Source: Lama glama (lineage: Eukaryota). Taken from it: a DNA stretch of 64,000 nt. Both the position numbers and the translations under genes were made by a program. This document shows positions 52,014 through 64,000 of the stretch, piece by piece; the stretch's first letter is position 1; the number at the start of each line of letters is the position of its first letter. The notes below the pieces were generated by a model. The model had not been told where the DNA came from and made no database searches. It saw nothing but the letters and a program-made list of their open reading frames with translations. The stretch covers positions 82,338,001 to 82,402,000 of the forward strand of contig CM052816.1 in NCBI GenBank assembly GCA_028534125.1, given 5' to 3'.

Positions 52014-52772
52014 TTTTTTTTTCTATTTTTTAATTGAAGTATAGTTGATTTACAGTGTTGTATTAGCTTCTAGTGTACAGCATAGTGATTCAGTTATACA
52101 TATAAATATATTCATATTCTTTTTCATATCCTATTTTGTTATAGGTTCCTACAAGCTATTGACTATTGTTCCCTATACGATACAGTAGGACCTTGTTTTT
52201 TATCAGTTCTGTGTATAGTAATTTGTATCTGCTAATCCCAAACTCCAAATTTATCCCTCCCTCCCCATCCCCCATTGGTAGCCATAAGTCTGTTTTTCTG
52301 TGAGTCTCTTTCTGTTTTGTAAATAAGTTCATTTGTGTCATTTTTTTTTAGAGTCCACATATAAGTGGTATCATATGATATTGGTCTTTCTCTGACTGAC
52401 TGACTTCACTTAGTATTGTAATCTCTAGGTCCATCCATGTTGCTGCAAATGGCATTATTTCATTTGTTCCTGTGGCTGAGTAGTATTCCATTGTATAAAT
52501 ATACCACATCTTCTTTATCCAGTCATCTGTTGATGGACATTTAGGTTGTTTCCATGTCTCGGCTATTGTAAATAGCACTGCTATGAACGTTGGGGTGCAT
52601 GTATCTTTTCAAATTAGAGTTTCCTCCAGATATATGCCCAAGAGTGAGGTTACTGGGTCATATGGTAATTCTATTTTTAGTTTTTTGAGGAATCTCCATA
52701 CTGTTTTCCACAATGGCTGCACCAAATTACACTCCCACCAACAGTGTAAGAAGGTTCCCTTTTCCCCACACC
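52014..52772 (-). mobile_element. 5'-truncated LINE-1 (ORF2 C-terminus and 3' UTR)
   Basis: ORF 52348-52578 reads [27 protein letters not shown]. Poly-T tail at 52014. Confidence 0.95.
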
Positions 52773-55749
52773 AGAGAGATGAATTTTAATTGTATTATAC
52801 TGTATTGTATTGTATTCTATTTTATCTGATTCTACTATTTTACTCACCAATTATCTATTGGATATTTACTTTTTATTCCAAAAAATATGTTAAAATACTG
52901 ATTTAACAGGTTCAATTTCCTTTAGACTAGATTGAAGAAGGATTTCAAAAAGCCTCTCAAGAACCATAATGTTTTTTCCCCCTATATTCTCCATCCATAC
53001 TTTAAATCTACTCCCAGATTGTATAATAGGGAACTCTTACTGTTACCACATGTTAGCATTGCTGTAAATTCTCTGGTGTGCTATATGTTTATTTTGGTGA
53101 TTTTAATATGTTGCATTAATCTGCAGAACAATAAGAAATAACAACCAAAAAGAGATTTTGCAAATTTCAAAAACGAGAAGAAAAATTTGGTGTCTTACTT
53201 CCCCAGAGACTGAATACAACCCAGATTTGCTGCCTATTATTTGCTTTTCAGGAATGTGCCTGACTCTTAACTGACAAAGACTATATTGACAGAAAGCCTT
53301 TCCAAAGGTTAATTATTTTGCAAAGAAAGAAATCAGTACTAAATTGCTTGTTACCCTTTATTTTCTTCTTAAAATTATTTCCTTTAATTATCTGACTGTG
53401 TAGTTCGAGGGATGTTTTTGATTTCTGATTTACCTTATCAGTTAAAATACTTTTCAAATCTGCATCTTATCTAGATAATCTTATTTATTCTGAAGAGAAT
53501 AGATTAAATTCACTTAACTGTCCACTTTATTAAATTTTTGTTATAATTTATGTTACTATAATTGAATCAGGACAGGAGGAAATTAAATTGCTTAAAAAAT
53601 ACAGAAGTCTGTGGCTTCTGTAGTCTCCTATGTAAAGTTTGAAATCATTTAGTTTTCTAAGTAGAGAGAGTAGCATTATGAAACTTTTTTATGAAAACAA
53701 ATGCCAAGATAGCATTTACTTCTTTTCCTTTTAATAGCAGCATATCGAGAGTTCAATCACAAGACTCTGGATATGAATTTTGACTTCCTTCCAACTTTAT
53801 ACAATAATTTCTATAATCATTCAAAAGTTTTAAGCAGAAAAACTTGTCCCCAAATTTTGACATCAATTGCAGTAGTGCAGGGATTAGACTGTTTTATTTC
53901 CCGGTATTTGTTCCCTGGACAGAAATGAAATAGAGTTTGTATTGGTTATCAATACAATAAATCAATGAATGCAACTGATTTGGACCATTTAAACATAAAA
54001 ACAGTACTCCATTTTATTTTTTAATTATTCCTTTTTCTAAAAAATGTTTTTCCGTTTCATTTTTCATAGCAACCCTACTTAGAAGGATATACATGGAAGT
54101 TGCGTAGATGTAGGGAGATAAGAAAAATTGTCATAGGGATGGAGTAACTGGAGAAATGCAGTACTGTAGTCTGTTGTTGTGTGTAGTCTGGAAACGAAAT
54201 CAATAAAAGCCTGAACGAATTTGTCCTGCCCAGGAACCATGAGAATTGGACCGTCTGGTGTCATTGTTTGGGAGTGGGAAGTGTAAACATTAAAAATGAT
54301 ACAGCTGTACTCAGGCTTCACAGAATCCATGTTTGCTAAGCAGGATGAGCCACACTCATATTGTTTAGCTGCTGCTAATTAATGAGCATTTATTAGATGC
54401 CTGCTGTGTATGTATAAAGCACTGCTAGATAACCATCTAGCTACTACACGTGATGGTGTGGGGTGTAAGGAAAGTATAAGACAGACTGTGAGGTACTGAA
54501 GCTATTTAGGGCTCACGGAAAGGTTTCAAAAAGACATAAGAACCATTATTTAGTAACAAAGCAACAAAGTCAAATGCATGTATTAAAATGCAAATTCCTT
54601 GATATGGGAGGAGAGAAGTGGCTGTGATTGTTCTGTTAACTTTTTAAACCAAGAGACTGAATTTTAACTTTAAAAATGAAATTGTAAATTTTCAGATGCT
54701 CACGTGCCTAAGCACTGAACACTGAATTCTGTGTTCAGCTATTTGGCTGTTGTTAGCACTGATGCATGAAGCAGAAAGAAAACAGCTTGATTTCTATAAG
54801 TTAGGCAAACTCTGGAGAGCTGGGAATGGCAGGGAGGCAATTGGCTTACAAAATAAACTGACCAAACCGGAAGCCAAAATTAAATAGTGTGCTCAAGGGC
54901 ACCCCAGGGATCCCCTTAACAATGTACTAGTTATGAATTAACTATTGTCATTATTGCCACCGCTAATGAAGAAACCATAGGAGAAGGCAAGCAAGGCCTC
55001 TCCCTGATTACTGCGGGCTTCCGGTTTAACTAGCTAAGGCACTCAATGATCCTTTAAAAAATGAATTTACTCAAATGTCTTTCTGCTATTAGTGAGGATA
55101 TCATTAGACATGGTTTAGCTTCAGAAACTATAAAGACAGTTTGGCTAATGATGGCTGAAAATGCTGGATAAAACAACATTCTTAGATATTCATAGATTTT
55201 TTTTTATTATGTTTTGTGACTTAATAATGATTTTAGTTTCTAGTACATCTTTAAAAAACTATCCAAGGAAGTTATTAAATGCCAGTCCTCACACAGAAAT
55301 ATTATTCCTTTGGTTTAGTTAAGGCATTTTAACTATTTCTGTTGCTGGAAGCCTAGAAAGATTTTTTTTTTCCCCAGTGGTGGCTTTTAGAACAATGGAA
55401 ACCAATTAACATGCAAAATAGTGCCACTATAAAAGAAGAATACATCATTATTAACTATACTAAAAATTTGGTTTTGGAGCAAATAAAAACTAATGATTGG
55501 AATGTGTATGAAAATATCTAGACTATTTATGAAAATTATTCTTTATCCTCCCCTCTTCAGATTTGAAGAAGCAAAAGGTACTTCTTATTTGATTCAATCT
55601 TTATATAGTATCATTCATTCATCTGTTCTTATTCATCTAGTTCTCAAGAAATATTTATGTCTCTACCACATGCCAAACCAGTTGATTGAAAATATAAGTT
55701 AATAAATAACAATAGGTAACATTTCTTAAGCTGAGAACCTTGGACCCTA

Positions 55750-56005
55750 GGGTATTGATTAAAAGTGAGGCAGCAGGTCCCTACCTCCTGAGCTAGAATG
55801 CTCACTCTGCCGCCTACTGGTTGTCTCACCTTAGGCAAGTTCTTTATTCCTCAGCTTTATTATCTGTAAAGTGGAAATACAATAAGAACATCCATTCCAT
55901 AATTTTGTCGTGGAAATAAATAAGATTCTGTCTGAAAAGACATTTTGAACAGTGCAAGTCTCATTCATGGTAAGTGATCAATAAGTATTAACAATTATTA
56001 CTTAC
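55750..56005 (+). mobile_element. MIR SINE
   Basis: ACCTTAGGCAAGTT...CCTCAGCTTTATTATCTGTAAAGTGG...GTAAGTGATCAATAA. Confidence 0.75.
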
Positions 56006-56239
56006 TGTTTTAATTATTTCATTTAATATGAATATATTCATGAGCATACCGATGAAAGATTTAGAATGAAATAGGTAAGTGGTATGAAATGAGATGAATT
56101 ATAATTGCTTCTTTAGGAATTAAAATGCTGAGCTTCCACAGTATGATGTCTTTTTGTTTTAATTTGTGAACTGTATCTGTAAGTCCTTAAGCTCTATTAC
56201 AAGTAATAATAGATACACAATAGTATAGCTATACAAGTA

Positions 56240-56420
56240 ATGATAAGTTTGTATGGATTATTTATGAATGTAGTATGATTGTCCACATTTTATATGAAAA
56301 ACTGAGGCACAAGGGTTTAGGTAACATGTGCAATATCAAATAGCTAATAAACAAAGGAGCCAGAACTGAATCCCAAGCAGTGTGACTCTTATCCACATTG
56401 TTTTGCTGTCTCCCAGCCAT
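56240..56420 (-). mobile_element. MIR SINE
   Basis: CATTTTATATGAAAAACTGAGGCACA...GAATCCCAAGCAGTGTGACT. Confidence 0.75.
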
Positions 56421-58396
56421 GTAGCTTTTCTCCAGTTCAAGATCACTCAAAAAATTGCATATGAAGTCAGGTTTTGAGAGCAGTTTACTCAAGGTAACTC
56501 AGTCCTGAGAGCAGATAACAGCTCCAATCTTCTATGTAAAGCAGCTGTCTCTTTGTATCTGGAATAATTAATTAAAATAGGTCATTCTGATCTGTAAAGC
56601 TGTAGAGGATCTGAATTCTGATTGCTTTAGAGATTAATTCTCTAGACTTACTGTCATGATCATCAAAGTGCTTATGCTAATATTTCCCAGATTTGAACTT
56701 TGAGAAATCAAAAGCACCCCCCTTTATTTTCACATCGTAAATTTCAGGCAACCTTCTTGATAAAGTGGAATTTAGGTCAAATCTCTCATATTCAAGCAGG
56801 TTCTTTGTATATGGAATAAGAAAGTAAATTAAGAAGGAAAGAGAAAGACCTCAATTTATCTTAATCTCGTGTTGTATGAGTCTGTGTTATACTAGATGAA
56901 AAATGCATATATATACATAACAAATGGAAATTGCTCCTTGACTAGAATCTCAATTCAGGCTGTTACTGCAAACAGTGACTGTAGCTAAGTGTTCCATTTT
57001 TCTCCCCAGAATAATGAAATAAGTCCATATTTCCCCCTCTTTTCTTTTCCTATTGTTTCCTTTTCATTTTTTCTTCTCTTCTTCTATTCTATCTTTCCTT
57101 GTTTTTTTCTCTAAGTAAAATATACTCAACCAGTGATCATGCTTGCTTTAGATAAAATAAATATTTTAACTTATTTTAGTAGCTGTCCCCATTAGAGTAA
57201 AACAAAAGTTAAGCAGAAAAAAAGCCCTGGTTTTCTTTCACTTAGGTCCTCTGGCTAGATTCAACATTGTGATTTGACTGAATGAGGAACGATGTAATCT
57301 GCAGAAGAATAATATTAACATAAAATCACAATAGACCTTGTCACAAAATGCATGGCAAACATTATAGCATGTAGTCTAGAGCTTTAATTAACATATTTGT
57401 TAAATGCCAATCCTTCAATAGACACTGTCAACAAAGAAAAGACTTTCCTTAACACAGATAGCTCCCCTTCCTTTAAAAGCGATTTTGACAGTTAAACTAT
57501 TGGGCTCTGTAATTCTGCTGGGAACCAACTCGCATCCTTCTGCCATACAGGCTTTCAAAGTCAGAACGGAGGAGAAAGTCAGTAGCTTTTACTGCTATTC
57601 AATTTATTCCAAAGCAGGAGTTGTAAATGGCTGTATATACAGACTAGGGAATTTGCATACTGAATGCCTCCTCTCAGTTTTCATATGTCTACCTCTGTCC
57701 CTGTCATTTAATTTGCGTTTATTCACCAATCAAATTTGCTTCCTGGATACCTCACTTACATGAATGGGTAGCAGAGAAGTTACTGCTAAATAAAGTGGTT
57801 TTATGAATGAAGGCACGATTTACAGCAATGTGTGTGAGTATCACCTCCCCTTCTCTTGTTTAATATTCAGACCCGTCACCTTGCACACAAGCTGTTGGAA
57901 TAGTCTCCAGAAGCCACAGTTATATCTCTAACAAATCACACCAGATTGTACTGCTTTGGAAGACTTTCTTGGGATTGAGCAAAAAAGAGCCATAATAAGA
58001 AGGCTGAGATACAAAAGCTTGACTCATTATTGCATATAAAGAACAAAGAGTTTGGTAACTGACAGGTAGAATGAAAGGAGAAGGTTAAACAGAAAAAATT
58101 TGAATTTTATTTTGGAGAAGATTGCGTTGGATTTTCTAAATAGAGAACCTTGTAGCAAATACTTGGAATAAAATGCAGTCTTCTCCAAAGTTCCTGAGCA
58201 CGCAGGAGAAAATTTAGTAAGAATTTCTTTCATGGAAATAGTACTAAAGGTTGAGAGTTTTCAAATAACATCAGGTAGGCATTTAAGAAAATGTTGCAAA
58301 ATATATTCATAATCTCTTTATGTTGATCGGTTAGGAACTGTGACTCCTCAGACATTTGCATATTTTCCTTGATTAGCTCACTTTGTCACCTTGAGC

Positions 58397-58619
58397 CATT
58401 CTCAACCTAATTCCCAACCAGGGGTGATTTTACCCCCAGAGCACATTTGACAATGTCTGGAGACAATTTTAGTTGTTGCAATTGGACAGGGAAAGTGCTA
58501 CTGGTATGGAGTTTATAAAGGCCAAGGATGCTGCTAAATATTCCACAATATTTAGGACAGCCTCTCGCAACAAAGAATTATCTAGCCCAAAGTCCCAATA
58601 GTGAGGTTGAGAAACTCTG
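58397..58619 (+). mobile_element. MER20 (hAT-Charlie)
   Basis: GGGGTGATTTTACCCCC...CAATGTCTGGAGACA...GTTGAGAAACTCTG. Degenerate 8-bp TSD CCTTGAGC/CCTTAAAC. Confidence 0.85.
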
Positions 58620-58648
58620 CCTTAAACCCTAATTGTAAGACCCCTCCT

Positions 58649-58686
58649 GGTTCCATAGCTGAGGGGTTAGAGCACTGGTCTTGTAA
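58649..58686 (+). pseudogene. Tailless retropseudogene of the 5' half of tRNA-Thr(TGT)
   Basis: GGTTCCATAGCTGAGGGGTTAGAGCACTGGTCTTGTAA differs at 2 of 38 positions from the mammalian tRNA-Thr(TGT) 5' half as I recall it. It ends in the anticodon loop and is flanked by the perfect 15-bp direct repeat TTGTAAGACCCCTCC. Confidence 0.9.
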
Positions 58687-58699
58687 GACCCCTCCCTGC

Positions 58700-60240
58700 C
58701 CAATTCCACCAGGGCTCTTTCTTGAAGAAGATGATGTTGCCACTTGGCTCTTATTTCACAGAAGAAAATAAAGATTATCAACCATGCCTCCCTTAATAAC
58801 ACCTATCCATTCACAAACTTATTTGCATTTAAAGTCCTTGCATTTAAGCCTTACTCTAATTTCCCTAGCTCTGAAAAAGAGGAGCCCCTTCTGCTTCCAA
58901 GGCAACTTAGTTCATCTGTGTTTTAGGTTTCATTTCTTCCCATTTCCTCCCAGGTATTCCACCAGTCATCTCTTCCTCCTCTTTTATCACAAACCTTTCA
59001 TTTTCCATCGAGTTCAAGACTCACTAAATATAAATTCTTACTTGATACAGAAATTTTCCAGGTATATTTCCCAGTTGCTATCTCTGCTTCCTTAAAGCTA
59101 TTATTACATTAGTCCACTGCATTATTTTTCAGCAACTAGTACTAATTTAACTGTTTAAATCAGTTGGCTATTGCTGTGTAACAAATCACCCCAGAATTCA
59201 GTGGCTTAAAATGATAAACATTTATTATTGATCACAAATCTATGGAACATCTAGATGACTTTTCTAGTCTCAGCTGGGGCTCATGAATGTATCTGAAGTT
59301 GGCTGTGTGTCTGGTATGCAGGATTCCAAGAGAATGAATGGAAGTGGAGGCCTCTTCAGGCCTAGGGTTGGCACTGGCACAGTGCTGCTTCCAGCACAAG
59401 TCACAAGGCCAGCCAACATCAAGAGGTAAGAAAAATAGACTCACTGTCTTGATGGGAGGAGGTGAAAGTCATGTTGCAAAGGGTGCTGATACAATAAGGG
59501 GTAGAGGATCAGAGCCATTTTTGCAAACAGCATCCCAATTGTATTAAAATTACTAATGATCTAATGCTCAAAATCAACTCTAATCCCACCCTTCATTTTC
59601 CTTGATTTTGTGGCAGCCTTTGACTCCTCCCTTCTAGAAACTTCACCCTCATGTCTACCTTAACACCAGTCTTTAACTGTCCTTCTGACTCTCTGATCAC
59701 TCGACAATTCTTGATTATCTCTACCATAACTGATAAAGATTGTTGGTTTCAGAGGTTCTCTTCTTGGCCCTCTTTTTAGTCTACAAACATTTATTTGGCA
59801 ATCTTATCCCAACTTTTTTTTTTATTTGGCACCTAGGTTTTTATTTGACACCCATATCTACATTTCTAGCATAGCACATTTTCATTAGTTGTAGACTTAC
59901 ATCTCCATCTGTATGTTAGAAATCTTTGCTTGAAGACTGAACTTACTCTTACTCTTCCTGTACTTGGTTCTCCTCAAAGTATCTAGTGACCTAGTCGGTA
60001 ATTTTTGATTCCTCCTTTTGTCTCATCACCTCAACCCTTTAAGTACCATACTCCAATTTACTGGTTCATTAAATTCTATTGATTTATTTCACCAACTCAA
60101 TTAAACAAATATTTTTCCAGTGCTTACAGTGTGCCAGTTGGAGTCTCTTATGTGCTTCTCATCAATAAAACAGGAACTTACTGTGTTCTTTTCTCTCTTA
60201 TTTTCTACCCAAACTCTTCATCCACCTCTCAAATTAATAG
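58700..60240 (+). mobile_element. L2 LINE fragments, interrupted by MLT1
   Basis: Sense L2 motifs (TCTTATTTCACAGAAGAAAATA; CCCTTCTAGAAACTTCACCCTC). Confidence 0.55.
59152..59540 (-). mobile_element. MaLR solo LTR (MLT1G/H/I group)
   Basis: CTATTGCTGTGTAACAAATCACCCCAGAATTCAGTGGCTTAAAA...CAAGTCACAAGGCCAGCC. Confidence 0.8.
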
Positions 60241-60289
60241 CTTTCTGATTTTGGCTCCAAATTATTATTATTTTTAAATTACTGATATT

Positions 60290-61130
60290 TATATTTAACT
60301 ATTTTGCTATAAAAATTCTTCAGCAATTCTTTTTGGGGCTTTCTGTAGGACTTGCTTTGTAGAATAATAATTTGGTTAGACATGAATTTCCATATTTAGA
60401 ACATTGACAATGTCAATTCAGTATTATCTTGTGGATGAGGAATCTAATTAAGGTTACCAAATTTAGCAAAGAATTAATAGGACACCCAGTGAGATGTGGA
60501 TTTCAGATAAACAACAAATAGTTTTAAAAGTGTAAGTATGTCCTATTCAATATGCATTTTGGGATATACTTATACAAAACAACAACCCATTGTTTATCTA
60601 AAATTTATAAGTTAACTTAGACATCCTGTATTTTATCAGCTATCCCTAAATCTAATGTAATCTGATTATTCTTTTTCTGTTTCTCTACAAGATTTTAAGA
60701 AATGTATATCAATAAAAATTTTAAGAAATGTGTGTTTATTCTTGGGATGCTAAAGTGTTACCACAATGTGCCTGATTGTGGATCTGTTTATCTGCATTCT
60801 CTTCAGGACTCAGTAGGCCCCTTTAAACTTAAGTCTTCTATTTGTCTTCATTTCTGGGATTGAAAAAAAAAATTCTTGCTCTGGCAATTTTTTCCTTGTA
60901 ATTTCCCCCTGTTTTTTCTAGAACTCACATTAGACAGATATTGAGCCATGACACATAATTGTCCTTTCATACATTCCATTTTATCTGTTTGCAGTGATTT
61001 ATGAAAGAATTTATTGGCTTAATATCTTTGTCCATTAATTCAATCTTTAGTTATGTGTATTCTGGCATTTTCCTGATCATTAAAAACTTACTTTCTGGGA
61101 ATGGTGCTTCCCTGTACATGTTGGCGATAA
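60290..61130 (-). mobile_element. Old L1M/HAL1 ORF1-region fragment, host of MER53
   Basis: Antisense L1 ORF1-like motifs (GATGAGGAATCTAATGTAATCTGATT; CACAATGTGCCTGATTGTGGATCT). Confidence 0.5.
60449..60648. mobile_element. MER53 palindromic hAT MITE
   Basis: Near-palindrome TAAGGTTACCAAATTTAGCAAA...CCTGTATTTTATCAGCTATCCCTA with a perfect 8-bp TSD AATCTAAT. Confidence 0.9.
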
Positions 61131-61318
61131 TAACTCTTATATCATGGCCTCTTTGATTTTAGCACCTATACACCTTCATTAATTTGTTTGCAGCTGCTTA
61201 GTAGCTCACTGTGCACACTGATGACAGAAAGGAAAGGGATATTATACCTCCAGACAAACTCCAACCCTATTTGTTATGCCCACTGACCATGAGCTTAATG
61301 GTCCCTGCATTACCCTAC

Positions 61319-61684
61319 TGTTATGGACTAACTTGGGTCCCTCCACGTTCATATACTGAAGTCCTAATCTTCAGGACCTTCAAATGTGACTGTATTTGGA
61401 GACAGAGCCTTTCAGAGAGGTAATTAAGGTTAAATGAGGTCCTAAGGGTAGGCCCTAATCCAGAATGACTGGTGTCCTTATAAGAAGAGGGAGAAAAACC
61501 AGGAATATGTACTGAGAGAAAAGGCCATATGAGGACCCAGTGAGAAGGCAGCCATCTGTGAGCCAAGGAGAGGTCTCCAAGAACCAAAGCTGCTGAAGCC
61601 TTGAGCTTGGTGTCCAGCCTCCAGGATAGTAAGAGAATAAATTTGTGTTGCTTTATGTTATGGCAGTCCTACTAGACCAATATA
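61319..61684 (+). mobile_element. MaLR solo LTR (MLT1B-like)
   Basis: TGTTATGGACT...GAGGTAATTAAGGTTAAATGAGGTC...GGTGTCCTTATAAGAAGAGG. TSD CCTAC/CTTAC. Confidence 0.85.
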
Positions 61685-62125
61685 CTTACCTTTAAGGAAT
61701 GGTCTCTTGATATTTTCCCTTTTATCTCTCTTCTACATTTCTGGTCCATTAGTGTTACTTTTTGTTTTGTTTTTGTTTTGTCTTATAAACTTATTTAGTT
61801 AAAATAACTTTTTGGGGGGGGTCATTTTATGAGATTTTAAGCAAGAGGGGACATACAGAATTCTCAATCCACTAACTCAATAGAAACTTCCTGAGTTATC
61901 TTTTAATAATGAAATTATATTAAGCAGGCCTTGATAAAACCCTTTGATGATGTCAAACTGCCAACAAAAGGAGATCCACTGTCTTCTGCATGCATTTTTC
62001 CATGACTTCACCTATTTCCTATGTCCTTCTCACTAATCTTTCTCTTCCCCATTATATTATTTGCAAGATGCTCCAAGCTTGTCAAACTCTTTGAAGTTCC
62101 ATTTTATATGCCATGATATTTTATT

Positions 62126-62188
62126 CTTTTTTTTATTTTTATTTATTTAATTTTGGGGAGGGAGGTAATTAGGTTGGTTGGTTGATTT

Positions 62189-62219
<31 letters not shown>

Positions 62220-62299
62220 GAGGAGGTACTGGGGATTGAACCCAGGACCTTGTGTATGCTAAGCATGCACTCTACCACTTGAGCTATACCCTCCCCCCC
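62126..62299 (-). mobile_element. tRNA-Ala(AGC)-derived SINE, camelid type (Vic-1-like), inserted in an L2 (~61910-62640, +)
   Basis: Reverse complement GGGGAGGGTATAGCTCAAGTGGTAGAGTGCATGCTTAGCATACACAAGGTCCTGGGTTCAATCCCCAGTACCTCC has A and B boxes, then an (AATA)n tail. TSD GA(T/C)ATTT(T/C)ATT. Confidence 0.9.
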
Positions 62300-64000
62300 G
62301 ACATTTCATTGTGAATAAAGTGTCCCCCACTACTTTTGCCTACTTGTTGGAGCCTTATTTACTCTTCAGGATGCTGACCAACTATGTCTGTGCTGTTAAT
62401 GCTTTTCTCTTGCCATCTTCTCACTGAAATGCAAAGACCCACTCTTTGGCACCACCAATGTACATTTTTGTATGTCCTTTCTAATATTTACCACAAGGTA
62501 TTAAATGATTTCTCTATGTTGTTTCCTGCCATTAAAGGGTGAATTATTTGAGGATGCAGACTGATTATCTTTGCACACCTATTGACTGAGACATGACTAA
62601 TGCTCAGAAGAATAACTGCTAAATACATGAATTAAAATGAGTAAATGAGAGTATTAAAAATGACCATGACTACCTGAGCCATTTTAAACTTCTAAATTAT
62701 TTTAAGGACAGTGAACCAATCTATTATTATCTTTTTTTAAACTGAACATTTTCATGTGAGTCCCCTTCATTGTCATTGATTACTGCAGTGTCTTTTAAAT
62801 AAAAATTGGCAGGAAAGAATCACTTAACCCCCTTTGTATTTATTAAAAACATAAGTAAAAAATTACTTAAAACTTAGTTAAAATGTGGGTCAATGTTTCT
62901 TCTACCTAATTTATAATACTGTAGGTAATTGCCTTGGGCCATCCAACAGGAAGCCAAAAGAATTCCATTTACCACTTGTTCAGCTCTGTATAGTCCAGAA
63001 CACTTATCCTGGAAAGGGCACATATTCAAAGAGGAGAAACAATTATCTGCAAGTGAAACAGGTAATGAAGTTTTCTATGTGCTATAATTTTAATTTAAAG
63101 AGCATGTTTGAAAGGCTAAGGGACCCAGACAGGCAGACATTTCCTTCTTCACAGTTATAAAATCTGTCACATCTTAGAAATACTCCCCCATTGAGTGGCA
63201 ATCACAATTTTTATTCTAAAGGTTCCACATGCGTGGCATATTATGTAATGGACAGCACTTCAGAATAATCTAATGAAAAGAGAACTCTTTTCCATGCTAA
63301 TAAACTTCAGATTCTGCTTGTTTCAAGAAAATGAATTCAGGCTTTGAACTGCTGAGGTCCACATAAATTCAGGTTATCCATACAGCCGTGCGGAAAATCT
63401 CCAAAATGAGTTCTTTATTAATAGCAAGAATGAGTGAGTCAGTCAGCTCGTTTAATGATCTGGCCCATAATTTGAATCCATTGAAAGTTGCCTGTTAGCA
63501 CCTCTGGGAGCCTGGATCAAGCGTGACCTTGACTTGTGATAGCCTGAATTCAATGCTGGTATAATAGATACCACACCAGCTTTGTTTTTAGCATTTGGCA
63601 CGCAAGCAGACTCCTCGAACAGCCTAGTAATTACTGCAAACATGAAAATTGTAAGGAAGTGGGAGGAAGGTTGTGCTAACATGTAAAGTTTATTTTGGTA
63701 GAAGAGAACAGTCACTTCTCTCCTCTACGAAATTGCTGATAGAGGTCTGTGAAAAGTGATAATGTTCATGTAGGCAGTTTTGTTAGGCTCTGCAGGACAT
63801 TTTGTGTACATGTCTATTCATTAGAATTTCCTATTATTGAATACATTTATGATATGATTCTAAAAGAAGAAAAAATAATCTTTCCACTTACGGGTGTTCT
63901 AAGTTTTATTATCCCTCGGCAACTTGAACTTGCGAAAGCTTTAAGGCTGAAAATTCTCACCATATCTTGGTTATAATAATCTGTAATTTGAACTGCTTAA

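Noticed and set aside
11032..58828. About nine octamer (ATGCAAAT) matches across the window
   Set aside because: They are dispersed and not clearly above chance for AT-rich DNA.

Overview
This 64 kb window is AT-rich, CpG-depleted mammalian (eutherian) genomic DNA. It is most likely camelid (alpaca, llama or camel), judged from a tRNA-Ala-derived SINE with an (AATA)n-CCTAATTACCTCC tail at 62.1-62.3 kb. I cannot support any protein-coding exon. The only ORFs with recognisable homology are decayed LINE-1 ORF2 fragments, and the rest of the ORF track looks like noise. Much of the window is ancient interspersed repeats (L1, L2, MIR, MaLR and ERV1 solo LTRs, hAT transposons), many with readable target-site duplications (TSDs). 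These are separated by repeat-poor blocks that look regulatory. Every recognisable L1 fragment lies on the - strand, suggesting the window sits inside a large intron of an unidentified + strand gene. The most notable observations are: (1) a tailless 5'-half tRNA-Thr(TGT) retrocopy with a perfect 15-bp TSD; (2) a 1.06-kb L1 built from its 5' terminus, an endonuclease fragment and its 3' end; (3) a 92-nt imperfect hairpin in unique sequence; (4) a recursive-splice-like site after a ~110-nt pyrimidine tract; (5) a candidate TATA-driven alternative first exon. I see no convincing evidence of a wholly new biological system. Repeat family names come from my recall of consensus sequences, not from a database search.
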